This document shows positions 47,120 to 59,527 of a stretch of 64,000 nucleotides of DNA, one piece after another. The stretch is from positions 1,984,001 to 2,048,000 of the forward strand of contig AP026125.1 in the NCBI GenBank assembly GCA_030295235.1, read 5' to 3'. This DNA is from Fistulifera solaris (Eukaryota). The position numbers were made by a program, and so were the translations under genes. The notes under the pieces were generated by a model, which was not told the DNA's origin, did not search any database, and saw only the letters and a program-made list of their open reading frames with translations. Numbering within the stretch: the stretch's first letter is position 1; each line of letters opens with the position of its first letter.

Positions 47120-47878
47120 TCACTCAAGCAGCTGGTGAATGTTTGTGGGGAGGACTGACTCGAAAAGGAAAATGTTGAGCTTAAAGTGCATGATTTCGCA
47201 TTCAATTTGCATTAGTTCCGACATGTATGCAGAGAAGATTAACAGCTCCCGGATTCTGTCGAGACACGAAATAACGTGTTTTGTGTGACCAACGTATGAG
47301 TAGATGTTGCCCATGTTGTTGTTGATCGCCAATTCAAGAATTCTCTCTCGAGGCCCGAGCTCATGTCGTCTTTCGGACATGACCTCTAATGTCTTTGTGT
47401 AGATACTGAGCGCTTTCTGAAGATTAGAGAAGCGCTGTTCGGCAGTGGCGACTCCTTTCAGGTGAAAAGATAGTGCCATGTTGTAAAGGAGCGTTACGGA
47501 AGTGAGTCGAAGCGATGCCTCGGAGATTGCCCCAGAGCTCCCCACATGAAATGCCTTCATACATATGGGAAAATCAGCACAAGATACATCTTCATCATCC
47601 CACGCTGGAGTTTGAAGATCTTGCCATGTAAGAAAGGAGTCAACCATCTCGCTTTCCCAGGCTCGTACGTTCGAAGTATACAATTGAGGTATTAAGCGCC
47701 CAAGCGTCAATTTCGCGCTTAGTATGGCATCGTCGTAGAGCCCTTGTGCGACTTTGTCCACAACAATTGCATTCTCCGAGAAAATTGTTGTCGTTTCCAT
47801 CGTTTCGTCGCTGGTAAAAACAAGAGGTTTCTCAGCGAGGAAATGGCGACGAGCGCTGTGAAGCACGTTTGTTGGCAT
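47120..47878 (-). CDS. Hypothetical TPR-like helical protein
   Basis: Helical repeats TLLYNMALSFHL...KALSIY...LAINNNMGNIY; start codon uncertain. Confidence 0.65.
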   Translation of the reverse strand: MPTNVLHSARRHFLAEKPLVFTSDETMETTTIFSENAIVVDKVAQGLYDDAILSAKLTLGRLIPQLYTSNVRAWESEMVDSFLTWQDLQTPAWDDEDVSCADFPICMKAFHVGSSGAISEASLRLTSVTLLYNMALSFHLKGVATAEQRFSNLQKALSIYTKTLEVMSERRHELGPRERILELAINNNMGNIYSYVGHTKHVISCLDRIRELLIFSAYMSELMQIECEIMHFKLNIFLFESVLPTNIHQLLE

Positions 47879-48976
47879 GTTGATGGGTCAAGAGGGGAAA
47901 AAAAGGCGAAACGGAGCGGAGGTGCGGAGGCGGTAACGATGACGCAGGTGAAAGTTGAATTACGCAAACAAATTCTACAGCCCTTCCCGTACTGCTTCTA
48001 CGAATTACATGTAATACGTGCCCTTGGACCCTTGGATCTTGGATCCAGAGAAATCGTAGATTGTCTATTGTACGACGATCCCTTATGCCCTTCCCTTGTC
48101 CATGTCCGAAGTACACTTTTGTATCTACTCCTTTTTTCTGTGTCTTGTCCTTGTCCTACATCTTACTTTATAGTCATCTACTTTGGTTCGCATTTTCGAA
48201 AAATTAGGTGTCTCCGTCTCTGGTACAGTATCCGGTATCCGCTCTCCGCTATCTCCACCTCATTCTTTTACCGTACTCTTCTGTATTACGAACAAAATCA
48301 GTGCCTTACTCTTTTTTCGATAGCCTTTCCGAAAACAATGACGTACATTTTGTTTCACGACTCTTCACTATCATCTCTCTCTAAAAGTGGATAGCTGGCT
48401 TGGCTGGTTTTTTGGTTGTTAATGTTGGTGCGTTTTTGACTCGTCTCAACGTCTCAACTTTCAGCTCCCAACTTATTGAGTCCCAACTTCCTCTTGTTCC
48501 AAGCTTTACTTCCACTAAGGCAAACCCTCACGTGTTGGAACCTGGAGCCTGGAGCATGGAGCTTGAAATCTTTTCTCGCCTCTTGCTCGCTAGCACTCCG
48601 AGAGTTCCCTCTAGGGCGCATAATTCAGAATTGAGGTGCAAAGGTGCAACGAGCAACCTATCCCTCGAGCTCTCCAAGGAACCCAAAACCCAAACGCTGG
48701 CTTCTTATATTATTTGTTATCACTACAACCTTCTACAGTGGCCCAGTGACCATCGATAATAGAAAAGTCTAGGAGGTCTAGGAAACTTCGTCCCCGTAGG
48801 TTTATCTTTCTTCTATGGGGATCTTCCAACATAAATCTAACAACATTAATTTCATCTTTCTCACCTGAAGAATACTAGGAAGATAGGGCGAAATTAATTA
48901 TTAGCTTATCGAGAGTGCCTTTGCAGCACTTGAGCCTAGAAACTAGTAGCCCCGATGAAAATAGTAATCGAAAAAC

Positions 48977-50544
48977 TTAGTCCTCCATCACAGCCTTTTC
49001 ACGCTTCAACTTTTCTTTTCGCGCTTCATTCCATAAAGTGTTTAGACTTTGTGAGAGCGTCGCGCTTCTAACGTTCAAGTCTTTCGTTCGTTCCATGACT
49101 TGCTCGTAGATACTTTGTCTTGAACTATTCATGACGACACAATCGTCTTGCAAGCATGCGTCCATGTCAGTGGCGTTTCGAATCAAGTCTACCATCCAAC
49201 GTTCTGCTTCGGCGGGAGCCATGGCCAACTTGTCTCCTAGAGCTTGGAGATCAATCTTGTGATGAATTCGACAGTAGTTTTCGAACACAAATATGCGGGC
49301 TTCTTCCATAAAGACAGCTGTTTGCTGGCAAAGAAAGAAATCGGCGCGAAGTACTTTCTCGCATTCTTGAAGCTTGACCTGTGCCGCGTCAAAGTCGTAC
49401 TTGACGCATAAGCAATTGACAAACTCGACAATGGGGTCGGAGTATTCACAATCTTGCAAGACATACACCAATTGCTTCATGAGCCGTCGGGCTTCCACGG
49501 TTTTGGAGGTTACACGACGCTTGCACAATAGTACGGCGGCAGTCAAGTAACGAAGCAAGTGAGGAGCATTGGTGGTGATGGCCTGTTTGTATTTTTCCGT
49601 CATGCACAAATCGACCAACTGCTCGAGACCTCCCGGACCGTTCCAGTAAACAAAGAGAGACCAATGCAAGAGCCATGTTCGCTGTTGCAAGGCTTCGAGA
49701 GCGGTAATTTGTCCCATTTGCGTCAGTGTTTCCATTGCCGTCTTGACCGCATCCAGAGCTGTACGCGCCGCGGCCCAATCTTCGACGAGAATTTCGCATG
49801 CCAACTTCCCCCACAAAACCTGTAGCATATCCTTGTCTGCTTTTTTGAGATAATACATACTCGGGTTTCCTAGATCAGGATTGTTTTGCGCTTGCTGTTG
49901 GTGTTTGGATTGCTGCACTCCGGCGAGAACCAAATCTTCTTCTTCATCCTCCGCGGAAGTCGCGGGTGGCGATGCATGCCACGAGATGCAATGCGTCACC
50001 ATGTCTCTCGAACTTTTGTAGTCTCCGCAATCGAAATGAAAGCGCGCTAATGCAAGATAGGTTTGAATCATTTCGCTGGTAATTCCTGGAATTTGCGTGA
50101 GACCAGCGACATTCCATTTTCCGCTTTCGACAAGTTTCTTCTGTGAATAGAAACGACAAAGGGTGAGTGCTGAGAAAAATAAAAATTTGCTGATGCAATA
50201 AACTAAAAAAATAAATACCTTTTCGTTTTCATCTTGGCAGAGTTTCAAGAGAGGTTCACAGCCATTCTTGAGCGTTTCCAGTTGCTGATAGACCTGTTCC
50301 TTCTGTTGCTTCATTTCCGCAGGCGCATCTCCGTGCAATGCCTTATGACATTCAGCCGCATAATCCACCATATGCGTCGGACGCAACAATTCGAGTCGAG
50401 CCGCGGCGACATCTTCTTTGAATAATCCAAGTTTTCAATAATGTATTCGAGCAATGGGAAGATGAGATGACGATCCAAATAGGGTGAGACTTGCGCCGTC
50501 AAATCCCACTGTTCTGCCGCCGCTTCAGTACTAGGTGCCGTCAT
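48977..50544 (-). CDS. EIF3E: Translation initiation factor 3 subunit E (indel at 50417-50419; one intron near 50143-50218)
   Basis: WDLTAQVSPYLDRHLIFPLLEY, LWGKLACEIL, QQRTWLLHWSLFV and the PCI domain IFVFENYCRIH. Confidence 0.93.
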
Positions 50545-50940
50545 TCTTCCTACTGTTTGTCTGTTTCTAATAAAAAATGAATAGAGCAGCTACGATGGCA
50601 GATAGATTCAGAGCTTTGCAGCACGATTTTATTCTTCATGGTGAAGCGAGGGGAAAAAGCGGAGCGCGACTGTGCGGTGCAATCTCGTCCATCCGTTCAT
50701 TCATTTCTCCGTCTGGTCATGGACCGGTTCTATGAAACGTCTTCAGTACCGGTTTTAGTTGTCTTCCGCAACAGAGACAAGGAGTGGTTGCTCCTAGCTA
50801 GAGAGAGCGAATTATGAAGCGGAAAGGTGATTGACTGCGATATTGAAGGCAAAACAGGTGCATGAATCATCATGCAAGTGTTGGTTAAAGTGTCACTCTG
50901 GCTCGGACAAAAAACATTGATGATTCATGACTGAAATGCT

Positions 50941-51366
50941 GCAATCGTGGACCCTCCTTGAACAAACACCTTGGGTCCATAGTAAATATGGAAGACAACG
51001 TTTCGCAAGGCTTTTCGACGTAAAAAATAATGCCGTGTAGAGCAAACTTTGATGAAAGACTATTTCATTGCAACAACGACAAATGAAGTTCAAGAAAATG
51101 GGCGAACGAACGAATTGTAGGTAAGTTTGTCGCTCGAAAGAATAATCGAAATACGGAGAAAACTTTGGTCCATAGTAAAATATGGCAGACAACGTGTTTC
51201 GTTAGCTTTTCGATGTAAAAGTTACAAGGCGTGCAATGCAAATGCAGCCAAAGGATACTTTATTGAAACGACAACAAGTGGAGCTCAATAGAATTTGTTG
51301 ATCGAACGAAACGTATAGGCAGCATCGTCGCTTGCAAGAAATTTTAATTCATGATTCATGACTGAA
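50941..51366 (-). repeat. Dispersed dimeric repeat, copy A (two subunits of about 193 bp)
   Basis: GGTCCATAGTAAA(A)TATGG.AGACAACG occurs at 50974 and 51167. The region is homologous to 59528-59962 in the opposite orientation. Confidence 0.75.
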
Positions 51367-51569
51367 TTGCGGTCGTGGATAAGTTGAGATACACTCGACA
51401 CTTGGGACTATAGTATGTAAACAGTGCGACACAAAACCCGAACTCGGACATTCGCTTTCCGCTTTCCGCTTTCGCGACAAAAAGTTTTTTTTTCGTTGAC
51501 ACTCTCTTGTTCGTCTGCAATCGATACAAAATACAAACATGATACCATGTTTCCTTGATCCTCTCTATA

Positions 51570-52761
51570 ATGAAACAAGACGTACTACTCTCGCTCCTAC
51601 TTTACGCCGGATGGGCTGCCAGCGTTAGAGCCTTGATTGCTCCGATTCATCTGCAACGACAGAAAAGATTCAATACGTTACATTATGCGTCGCGACGTGA
51701 TTTTCTCGTGACATCAGCTCTGGCTGCGACGGCTCCGGATGCCTCTGGCGCCACCACAAATCAAGCACCGCAGCCACTCGTCACTCTGCCTATGATTCGA
51801 CTGCAATTGCCCAAAAATGGATTCGGCCGTGAATACATCGCCATGCCTCTTTACATCAATGGCAAGGACCGTATGAATTCATGCTCGATACAGGTCTCAC
51901 TGCTGAATTCATTACGCCTCATCTGGAAAAAGAAGTCCTCAGGGCCAGGCCCGATTCGTCGTCGCGATCTTTTTCGGTGCAAGGAATTGCGGCGGCAGGG
52001 ATGAGTACACAACGATTGGTCGATTTGCCGGGCGTTTCGTTGTGTTGCAAGCGTGATGGAGAATCTTTGAATGTGCCCGAGCTACATGCCATTGTCACCG
52101 ATTTTCCTCAGGAGCATATTGATCCCAAGCATGATCCGATTGAAGGTATGCTGGGGATGGAATTTCTCAGTATGTACGATGTTGACTTGGACTTTCCCAA
52201 CAATCAGATTCGTCTTTACGAACAGGGAACCTTGTCGTGTCCCAAGAATATGGTAGAAATCCCTGCGACGGTGATCAATGAGACGGGATTGTTGGCAATT
52301 CGCGTGAAGAAACCTGGTTCAAATCAGCCAGTCGTAGCATTGATTGATTGCGGAAGTGCCTTTTCGGTCGCCAACTGGGCGGCAACGCCATTCCTGGGAA
52401 TGTCTTCGGACAAAAAGATTATAAGAATCTACCAGCCATCCAAGGGATTGGAGTCGATGGAAAGACAATTCAATTACCGATATCACTCCAACAGACGCTC
52501 ACTTTCGCGGGCGAACCTCGAATGGATCAGGGGCGAATTGTTGGATTCCAAGAACCGCCTACTGACTGGAGATCCTGGAATCCAATCAGTCTGGCAGTGG
52601 GTGATCTACCCGCATTCTCCAACGTACTCGGAGACGGCGTCACACCGTATCGTGGCCCGGCTGTCTTGATTGGGTTGGATATTTTGTCACAGCGACGAAT
52701 CATCTTCAAGGGGTCCGAAACACGACGCCGCCAAATATTTGTTACCAAAGACAACGCCTAG
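51570..52761 (+). CDS. Two-domain retropepsin-like aspartyl protease (two indels)
   Basis: FMLDTG...GMLGMEFL and ALIDCGS...LIGLDIL, after a signal peptide and SRRDFL. The frames join at 51864-51865 and 52412-52416. Confidence 0.8.
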
Positions 52762-53598
52762 ACTAAGCGTGAAACCGCCACATTCCAGTCTCGCAAACCA
52801 TGGGTAATCAGATGTAGACGTCGTCAAGGTCATTCGAGTTCACATTTGAGACTAGACGAAATTCGAAGGAAACAATTATTTTATGATTGAAGCATTACTA
52901 ATGTGATACATCTACGTATACTTGGTACCGCTTTAGGCCCAAACTACTCGTAATACGGCTAACGGAACTGCTCGAGCCATCAACCTTTGCGCTTTGCGCT
53001 GCTTTCTTTCGGACTTTTGTAATAGAGTAGAAGGTCAACACGTGGAAACGTAGAAACCATGGACATTATGGATACTATGACGAATTTCAATACCGTGTTT
53101 ACTGTTTTTTTCGTCCCGTTTACACTATGAGGTGATAGTAACTTTAATCCCTTTAACAAGAGTTTGACTTGCGTACAGTTACTTAGGAAATTTGTTTTGC
53201 CTCCAATCCAAAATTCAATCCATCAAAATTTCGTCACGTATTTCACTGCTGGCTGCTGGCTCGTTTCTGATTCAGCTGCTCCACGTCAATGAGATTCACT
53301 CATCCTCTACATCTCACTCAGAATTCGACATTCGACTATACCATTTTATGTAGAATGCCAGCTGATGTGGACAGAAATTGAAACAACTCATCCACGAGGC
53401 GGCTTTGCTTTGCTCACGAAAAGGATTCCGCCATGCGCCAAAACTGAGTTCATTGACATCAGCATGAGATGAGAGTCATCAACGTTCTTATTAACTGAGG
53501 CAAAGCATCATACCTGTAGTTTCTCTTTGTAAAAGCGATTGAGCGTGAATTTAAGCCAATACATCACCGTCGCATTCCACACGAGTTTCGAAAATACA

Positions 53599-54957
53599 AT
53601 GCCAACAACAAATGCGCGAGACAATCGATGTGAAGATGGGACTGAAAAACCGGCAGCGGTCTCATCGACTTCTTTGGATAGCATGCATCTTGCAAACAGC
53701 GAAAGCAACAATCTCGGCAGAGCAGCTGCAGCGGAGTCAACAATACCCTATATCCGAGTTCCAGGACCACAAAAAGTTTCTCCCGTTTTAACACATCAAA
53801 CCAATCAATCCGACTTGCACCGTCCATCCTTTCTTTCGAGCGGCATGATTGGGCTAGCTCAGCCCGCTGGAGGCGCAGTACCTGAGTTTCTTTACCAGTT
53901 GACGAAGATGCTGACTGACAACAATAGAGAGGTCATTGAATGGTCGAATGGTATGGCTACATCGATATGATAGTCTTTGAAAGATCGAGAGTGCACGAAT
54001 AAGTTTAGTTGTCTGACATTCTGTTGTCTGAACTCGTACAGGTATGATCAAAGTTCACAATCCTCCGAAGCTGGAATCTCAAGTGCTGCACAAGTAAGTA
54101 GAGCTTGTCGTTCTATCGAATTTTGGATCAATACCTCGAAACTAAGGCTCGCATGTTTCCCGCTTATAGATATTTCAGGCATTCGAAGTTTTCTTCCTTT
54201 CAGCGTCAACTCAATTATTTTGGTTTTCGAAAGCTTGCTGGTAAAGGCAAAATGGCGCCGTGTTCGTATGTTAATGAATCAACCGGGAAGGAGATCAACA
54301 GTTTGTTGAAAATCAAGGTAAGACAAGACCGAGCTACTGTGATTGCATCAAATTTTGTCTTTGCCTCTCGGTGTCACTCAACTGAATTTTTAGCGCAAAA
54401 CTGGAGCCACCATACCTTCCAAAGAGGAGGAAAAATCAAGATCCATAAAGCATAAACCACCTGAGCATTCCACTGAAAAACCTGCTAAGGTTTTACCACC
54501 GCCGACACGAATGGAGCCAGTTTCTCATAGCTCTTTGAAACAACCCAACCAACCGGCTTCCTCATCTCAGCTTGCTTTGGCTCGATCGGCAGTGGGGCGA
54601 GGAATACGGCATGGAATTACGCTTTCATCCAAGTCGACTCCTGTGACAGATGCCGCCCAGGTCCCAGATCCCCTGTTACAGCAACGATCCGACAGTTTGT
54701 CTCAGCTTGCGTCAAACTATCAGCACTCGTTAGACGAGTACCGATCCCATGGCGATGTCCGATCAGATAATGAACATTATGAAGGACGTCTCAGTCGCGA
54801 CTCGTCTTTAGTGGATCTTGCCATGATACCATCATTGGATGATGTCGGTGCTTATCAACACGAATCAACAACATCAACAAAAGACGAGTTTGGGTGGGGG
54901 TTTGTAGACTTTCCGTACCCAGAATTAGATCCTAGCTCCAACGCCGAACAAAGATAG
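53599..54957 (+). CDS. Heat-shock-factor (HSF-type DNA-binding domain) transcription factor, three introns
   Basis: The spliced DNA-binding domain reads [12 protein letters not shown]...[14 protein letters not shown]...[25 protein letters not shown]. Confidence 0.9.
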
Positions 54958-55180
54958 AGCTAGCCCATTGACGCCTTTAAGCTGACTCTCTCTAATTTGT
55001 GAATGTACATAAGATTTTCAAAAAGTTGCAATGTTGATAGCCTTGGCACCTAGTATCTCTAGAAAAAATCGAATATTTTCAAAAGAAGCAACAGAGAAAT
55101 GCGATCATGGATCATCAATCATTACCGCCCAAAACCCCAACCCCGAATGTAAAGCGGCCATGGGGGATGTGGTACTTGTA

Positions 55181-55227
55181 TGCGGTATGCGGTGTGCGGT
55201 ATGCGGTATGCGGTATGCGGTATGCGG
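55181..55227. repeat. (TGCGGTA)n heptamer microsatellite
   Basis: About 6-7 tandem units are visible. Confidence 0.85.
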
Positions 55228-55660
55228 GGGTTGCGGGGATGCAGAAGATCAAGCCAGGAGTCAGGAGTCGTCATGCGTCATCAAGGGCAATGTCAAATAT
55301 TTGTTCTTTTGCCGGAACTAAACTAAGCCTTTGCAATTCGCAACCTCGGTTCTTTGAGATTGTCTAGCTAGACAACGGTCACGAGATCAGCTAATTTTCT
55401 CGACATGCTTACAGGGCATCTGTGGAATTCGTACTGTAGGTTTTTTTTAGGTGTTTGGTGTTCGCTTTGGTTACGCTTTTTGCCTCCTTCGCACCAGTAT
55501 GTACTTCTCGCGTTCATAGCAAATGCAGTGCATCATTTTTCTTCAACATACGTCAAACCCAAAACCCAAACCAAAGTGACACTTTCCTCCCACAAAAACC
55601 GATTGGCTTTTCACATAACTCATCCTGTTGCGTGCGTTGCATTCCAAATATACATGAACA

Positions 55661-56089
55661 ATGTCACTCCCTTTACCTGCTAAGAGTCTCTATGATCGCC
55701 TCGGGGGCGTCGAAGCTGTTCGAGCAGTCGTCGACGAATTCTACAAGCGACTAGTTGCCGATCCGAAGCTTGCGAAATTCTTTGCTGATGCAAACGTCGG
55801 CAAACTCAAGATACATCAGCTACAGTTTCTCAAAGTTGCGTTCACTGAGATTCCGAACGATATGGATATTGTTGGGATCATGATTGAAAAGCACGAAGCT
55901 TTGTTCCGAGACAAAGGTTTGAATGCCGATCATTTCGACATTGTTGCCAGTCATCTGGTCGGAGCATGCAAGCATTTAGGCGTCTCTGATGAGATGGTGC
56001 AAGAAGCGGCAGCTATCGTAGTTCCCCTACGTGTCGCGTTCGAACAGGGTGCCGCGTTACACGGAGGAAATACCAAGGAGGGAGCTTAA
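55661..56089 (+). CDS. Group I truncated (2/2) haemoglobin, single domain
   Basis: SLYDRLGG..AVRAVVDEFY...DPKLAKFF...HQLQFL...KH...HFDIVA. Confidence 0.9.
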   Translation: MSLPLPAKSLYDRLGGVEAVRAVVDEFYKRLVADPKLAKFFADANVGKLKIHQLQFLKVAFTEIPNDMDIVGIMIEKHEALFRDKGLNADHFDIVASHLVGACKHLGVSDEMVQEAAAIVVPLRVAFEQGAALHGGNTKEGA

Positions 56090-56809
56090 GCGCTGCAACT
56101 TTAAGGTTTACTTCAACACTATTCTTTTGTGTGTCGCTTGCTTGTCACTACGAATACCTTCATTTCTCGTTTAATCAGCATTCATAGTAACAGTTACAAA
56201 AAGTTGCTGTGGCTGTCTCTTCGTTGGTGGTCGTCTTGGAATGGAAAGGTAACCTCCGAACCACTTTCTGTACAACAATGGGTGACATTTGGTAATCGCT
56301 GCCAACCACCAGTTATTTCATCTTGTGCCAGTACAAAACTGTTTCTCTAGGAATCGAGGGCAAGAAGTTGAAGAGCGATCGAGATGTCGAAAGAAAACCT
56401 TGTAATTGACAATCTCTGTGTCTGTGGTGAAAGAGAACTTTCGCCCGTTTCGCCGACAACATACGAGTGTTCAAAGTTCACGGTTCACCTACTTTGCTTC
56501 ACTCTTCAAAAAGAGGGGAGGAATGAGGAATCAGTCGAAAGTCTCTATAGCTCAGACCTCAGACACAGATCCTGGATCCTACTTTACTTAAAGACATGAC
56601 ACATGGGATGAAAGTACATTTCTCTGTATAGTCGAGCCTGGCAGTGATGCCATAAAATAATACTGTAGTAAAATAAATCATCCAAGTTCCGGCAGCAACA
56701 CCAACACAAGGCACAAGGTGTTCACGTCTTCATGTCCACTATTGTTTCGTGTTCACTTCGACTTTTTTTTCGCCTTTCACAATCGTCGCGCCCCTTCATC
56801 CAATTTATC

Positions 56810-57646
56810 ATGTGCCCGCCTCCTTCTGAAAGTCTTTATGATCGCCTTGGTGGCGTCGAAGCCGTTCGAGCAGTTGTAAACGACTTTTATGAACGCCTCA
56901 TTGCCGACGACAAGCTATCCATATTCTTTGATGGCGTCAAGGTCCCTGCGCTCAAGATACACCAGCTCGAATTCCTCAAAATAGCGTTCACTGATATTCC
57001 GGAAGATCTGGATGTTGTCGCCTTAATGATCGAGAAACATAAGGCTTTGTTTCGCGACAAAGGATTGAATGGCGAGCACTTTGACCTTGTTGCCGGCCAT
57101 TTAGTCGGGACGTGCAAAGACTTGGGGGTAGCCGACGAGCTGATCGACGAAGCTGTAGCAATTGTAGTTCCATTGCGGATTGCATTCGAGCAGGGTGCCG
57201 AAATGTACGGTGGAACTCGCACTGAGGAAGAAACGAAGGACGAAGGGCCAGATTCACTTCACCAAGGAACTCTCCTTTCAAAGCTCGGAGGTAGTGACGC
57301 CATCAAAGCAACAGTAGAAGAAATGTACAAGCGCTTGGTGGATGATCCTGAAACAGCCGTCTTCTTTGAAGAGATCAATATGGCGTTTCTGAAACAACAC
57401 CAGCTCGACTTTATGAAAATAGCTTTCACCGTTATTCCGGATGATCTTGATGTTCCTGGTCTATTGAAGGAGAAGCATTCTTCCCTTTTCAAAAAGGGTC
57501 TAAATGAAAAACACTTTGACATTGTTGCCAAGCACTTTGTGGGTGCGATGAATCACTTGAATGTTCCACAAGAACTTATTGATGAGGCCGTTTCTATTAT
57601 TGGTCCTCTTCGTGTGGTTTTTGAAGAAGGAGCTGAGACTGCGTAG
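56810..57646 (+). CDS. Group I truncated haemoglobin with two tandem globin domains
   Basis: Two copies of the LGG..A...V..(F/M)Y.RL..D...FF...HQL.F...KH...HFD pattern. Confidence 0.9.
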   Translation: MCPPPSESLYDRLGGVEAVRAVVNDFYERLIADDKLSIFFDGVKVPALKIHQLEFLKIAFTDIPEDLDVVALMIEKHKALFRDKGLNGEHFDLVAGHLVGTCKDLGVADELIDEAVAIVVPLRIAFEQGAEMYGGTRTEEETKDEGPDSLHQGTLLSKLGGSDAIKATVEEMYKRLVDDPETAVFFEEINMAFLKQHQLDFMKIAFTVIPDDLDVPGLLKEKHSSLFKKGLNEKHFDIVAKHFVGAMNHLNVPQELIDEAVSIIGPLRVVFEEGAETA

Positions 57647-57791
57647 GTTAAGTTATTCTACTAGTGAGCATGTAACAATTAAGGAGTTCTATCTTATATC
57701 TCGGGTAAATCTTTGTTCTATAACCAGCTCTCGATAGAGCACGAAGATCGATAGCGTTCAAAAGAAGATCCGCCGCGGATCTCGCGAGACC

Positions 57792-59225
57792 TTATTCTGC
57801 TCCAACCAGCTGACGTTGACCGTCCGTTTCACTGTCTGCGGTGTCCCTTTCCTTCTCTTCTCCAAGTTTTATTGGTCCGTCTGATTCTGCCCCGATCTGC
57901 GGCGGAGAAATTGTTTCATTGCTACTTGATTCACAAAGACCGCCTCCATTGGGCCAAAAGCAAGCATAGCCCAGCATACTTAACCCGCCGGGACGCGACG
58001 ATCGACCACCGCTTCCCACCTGGCATATTTCTTTCAGATCGCGCGCCAGTTGTGGTCGACAGTTGGTAACAGCCGTGTTGATTTTGTGAAATAGCTTGAA
58101 CGGTTCAATGGGTGCCAGTGCATTGACAGCCGTCTTGCAAGCCCATCCCGGAACATCATTTCCTGGATTTGCATGCGCAATCAATGCTATTCGTGTGCGT
58201 TCGGGGTCACCGGGGTCTTTGCTGATGTAGGTGGCTCCCCGGAAGGCGTAGGCAGTGGCTGGTGTGTCTTCGAATTTGTCACATGCTTGATTGACCACAA
58301 CCTCCGTGCCGTCTCGTAACCACCGATGATGGCAAAAGGAAATCAGCTGACGTGGTTTTATGAATAGTATCTGCGGAGTTTCTCCCAAACAGACTTTGGA
58401 AGAGGGTGTTATTTCCTGCAAATCTCTGTATTTGTCAATCAAATCATTGTAGTCGCCCATGTGTTGCTCTTGCGACAAATAAAGACAAACTTCTTCGAGT
58501 GGGGCATCAATGGTACTGTAAATCTTAATGCACGGGTACTCTCGATCATCCTTTGGGTTAGCAAAACGCGGACCTCGAGAATCTTTCATCCAACGAATGA
58601 AAGCCCGTGTTCGGCCGTCTTTATTAATAGCTCCACGCAGCACACGGCTGCATTGTACTTCCGTCCAGTTGTCATCGTCCGGTCCAAACAACATTTCCTC
58701 GGCCCACTGCTCCACTTGTTCTCCGACTCCTTCGAATTCGCGCTGCAATTCTTTCCTTCGTGCTAATACCGACAGTTGCTGGTCTCCTTGGGAAGGTGCT
58801 GTGCCAGCTTCTCCTTGTTTTAAATTGTGAATTTCCTGGCGTAATAACTCTAATTCTTTTCGCATCGACTTGATTTCTTGCAATGTTTCTATCATGGTAT
58901 CTCTGAGTGCTATTGTTCGTTTGGTAGAGGGTGTGTGTCGAGTATTTTGTGGCGTGAGTCCATAATAGACCCCCAACGACGAGGCTTGTAATTTCTGTCG
59001 TAATTGTTTCTTGGTAGGCAACGTCAATCGAACATCTTGCACTTCAGCAACTTTCCGGCGCAGCTGTTTGTGAACGGCTAAAGTCGATCGTAATAAGCCA
59101 CTGGTGATACCATTATTAAAGAATGTATGCACGGCGTGGTGCACCGGCGGTCCTCGGTGTGAAGCGTCGGAATACGAAAGGAGTAGAGTCACAGCGTATA
59201 GAAGAAAATTGGATCGTCGCTTCAT
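57792..59225 (-). CDS. START/SRPBCC lipid-binding domain protein with signal peptide and coiled coil
   Basis: IKIYSTIDAP, KPRQLISFCHHRWLRDG and HANPGNDVPGW. The ATG at 59225 precedes the hydrophobic segment. Confidence 0.75.
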   Translation of the reverse strand: MKRRSNFLLYAVTLLLSYSDASHRGPPVHHAVHTFFNNGITSGLLRSTLAVHKQLRRKVAEVQDVRLTLPTKKQLRQKLQASSLGVYYGLTPQNTRHTPSTKRTIALRDTMIETLQEIKSMRKELELLRQEIHNLKQGEAGTAPSQGDQQLSVLARRKELQREFEGVGEQVEQWAEEMLFGPDDDNWTEVQCSRVLRGAINKDGRTRAFIRWMKDSRGPRFANPKDDREYPCIKIYSTIDAPLEEVCLYLSQEQHMGDYNDLIDKYRDLQEITPSSKVCLGETPQILFIKPRQLISFCHHRWLRDGTEVVVNQACDKFEDTPATAYAFRGATYISKDPGDPERTRIALIAHANPGNDVPGWACKTAVNALAPIEPFKLFHKINTAVTNCRPQLARDLKEICQVGSGGRSSRPGGLSMLGYACFWPNGGGLCESSSNETISPPQIGAESDGPIKLGEEKERDTADSETDGQRQLVGAE

Positions 59226-59527
59226 GCTTGCTGCTACTACTTTCCATTCAGCGTTGCGATTGTGAGATGGAACTAGGTCGATATAATAGAGCGAAGGCTT
59301 CTCTCTTTTTATCGTCCTTTTTGACATCGAAAGCGCATGGCAACAAAACTTCAAGCGTGTCGAACCTCGAAGGCCTTCTCTTTCTCCGCCCCTCTCCCCA
59401 AAAAAATCTTTAGTGACGCGGAAGAGTACCAAGTCATTGTCGTTGCGAGAATATCCGTCAGCCTAAGAATAATAACAGAAATATTTACTATAGTACAAAG
59501 TGTAGGTTCAGTGATCCAAGACTGCGA

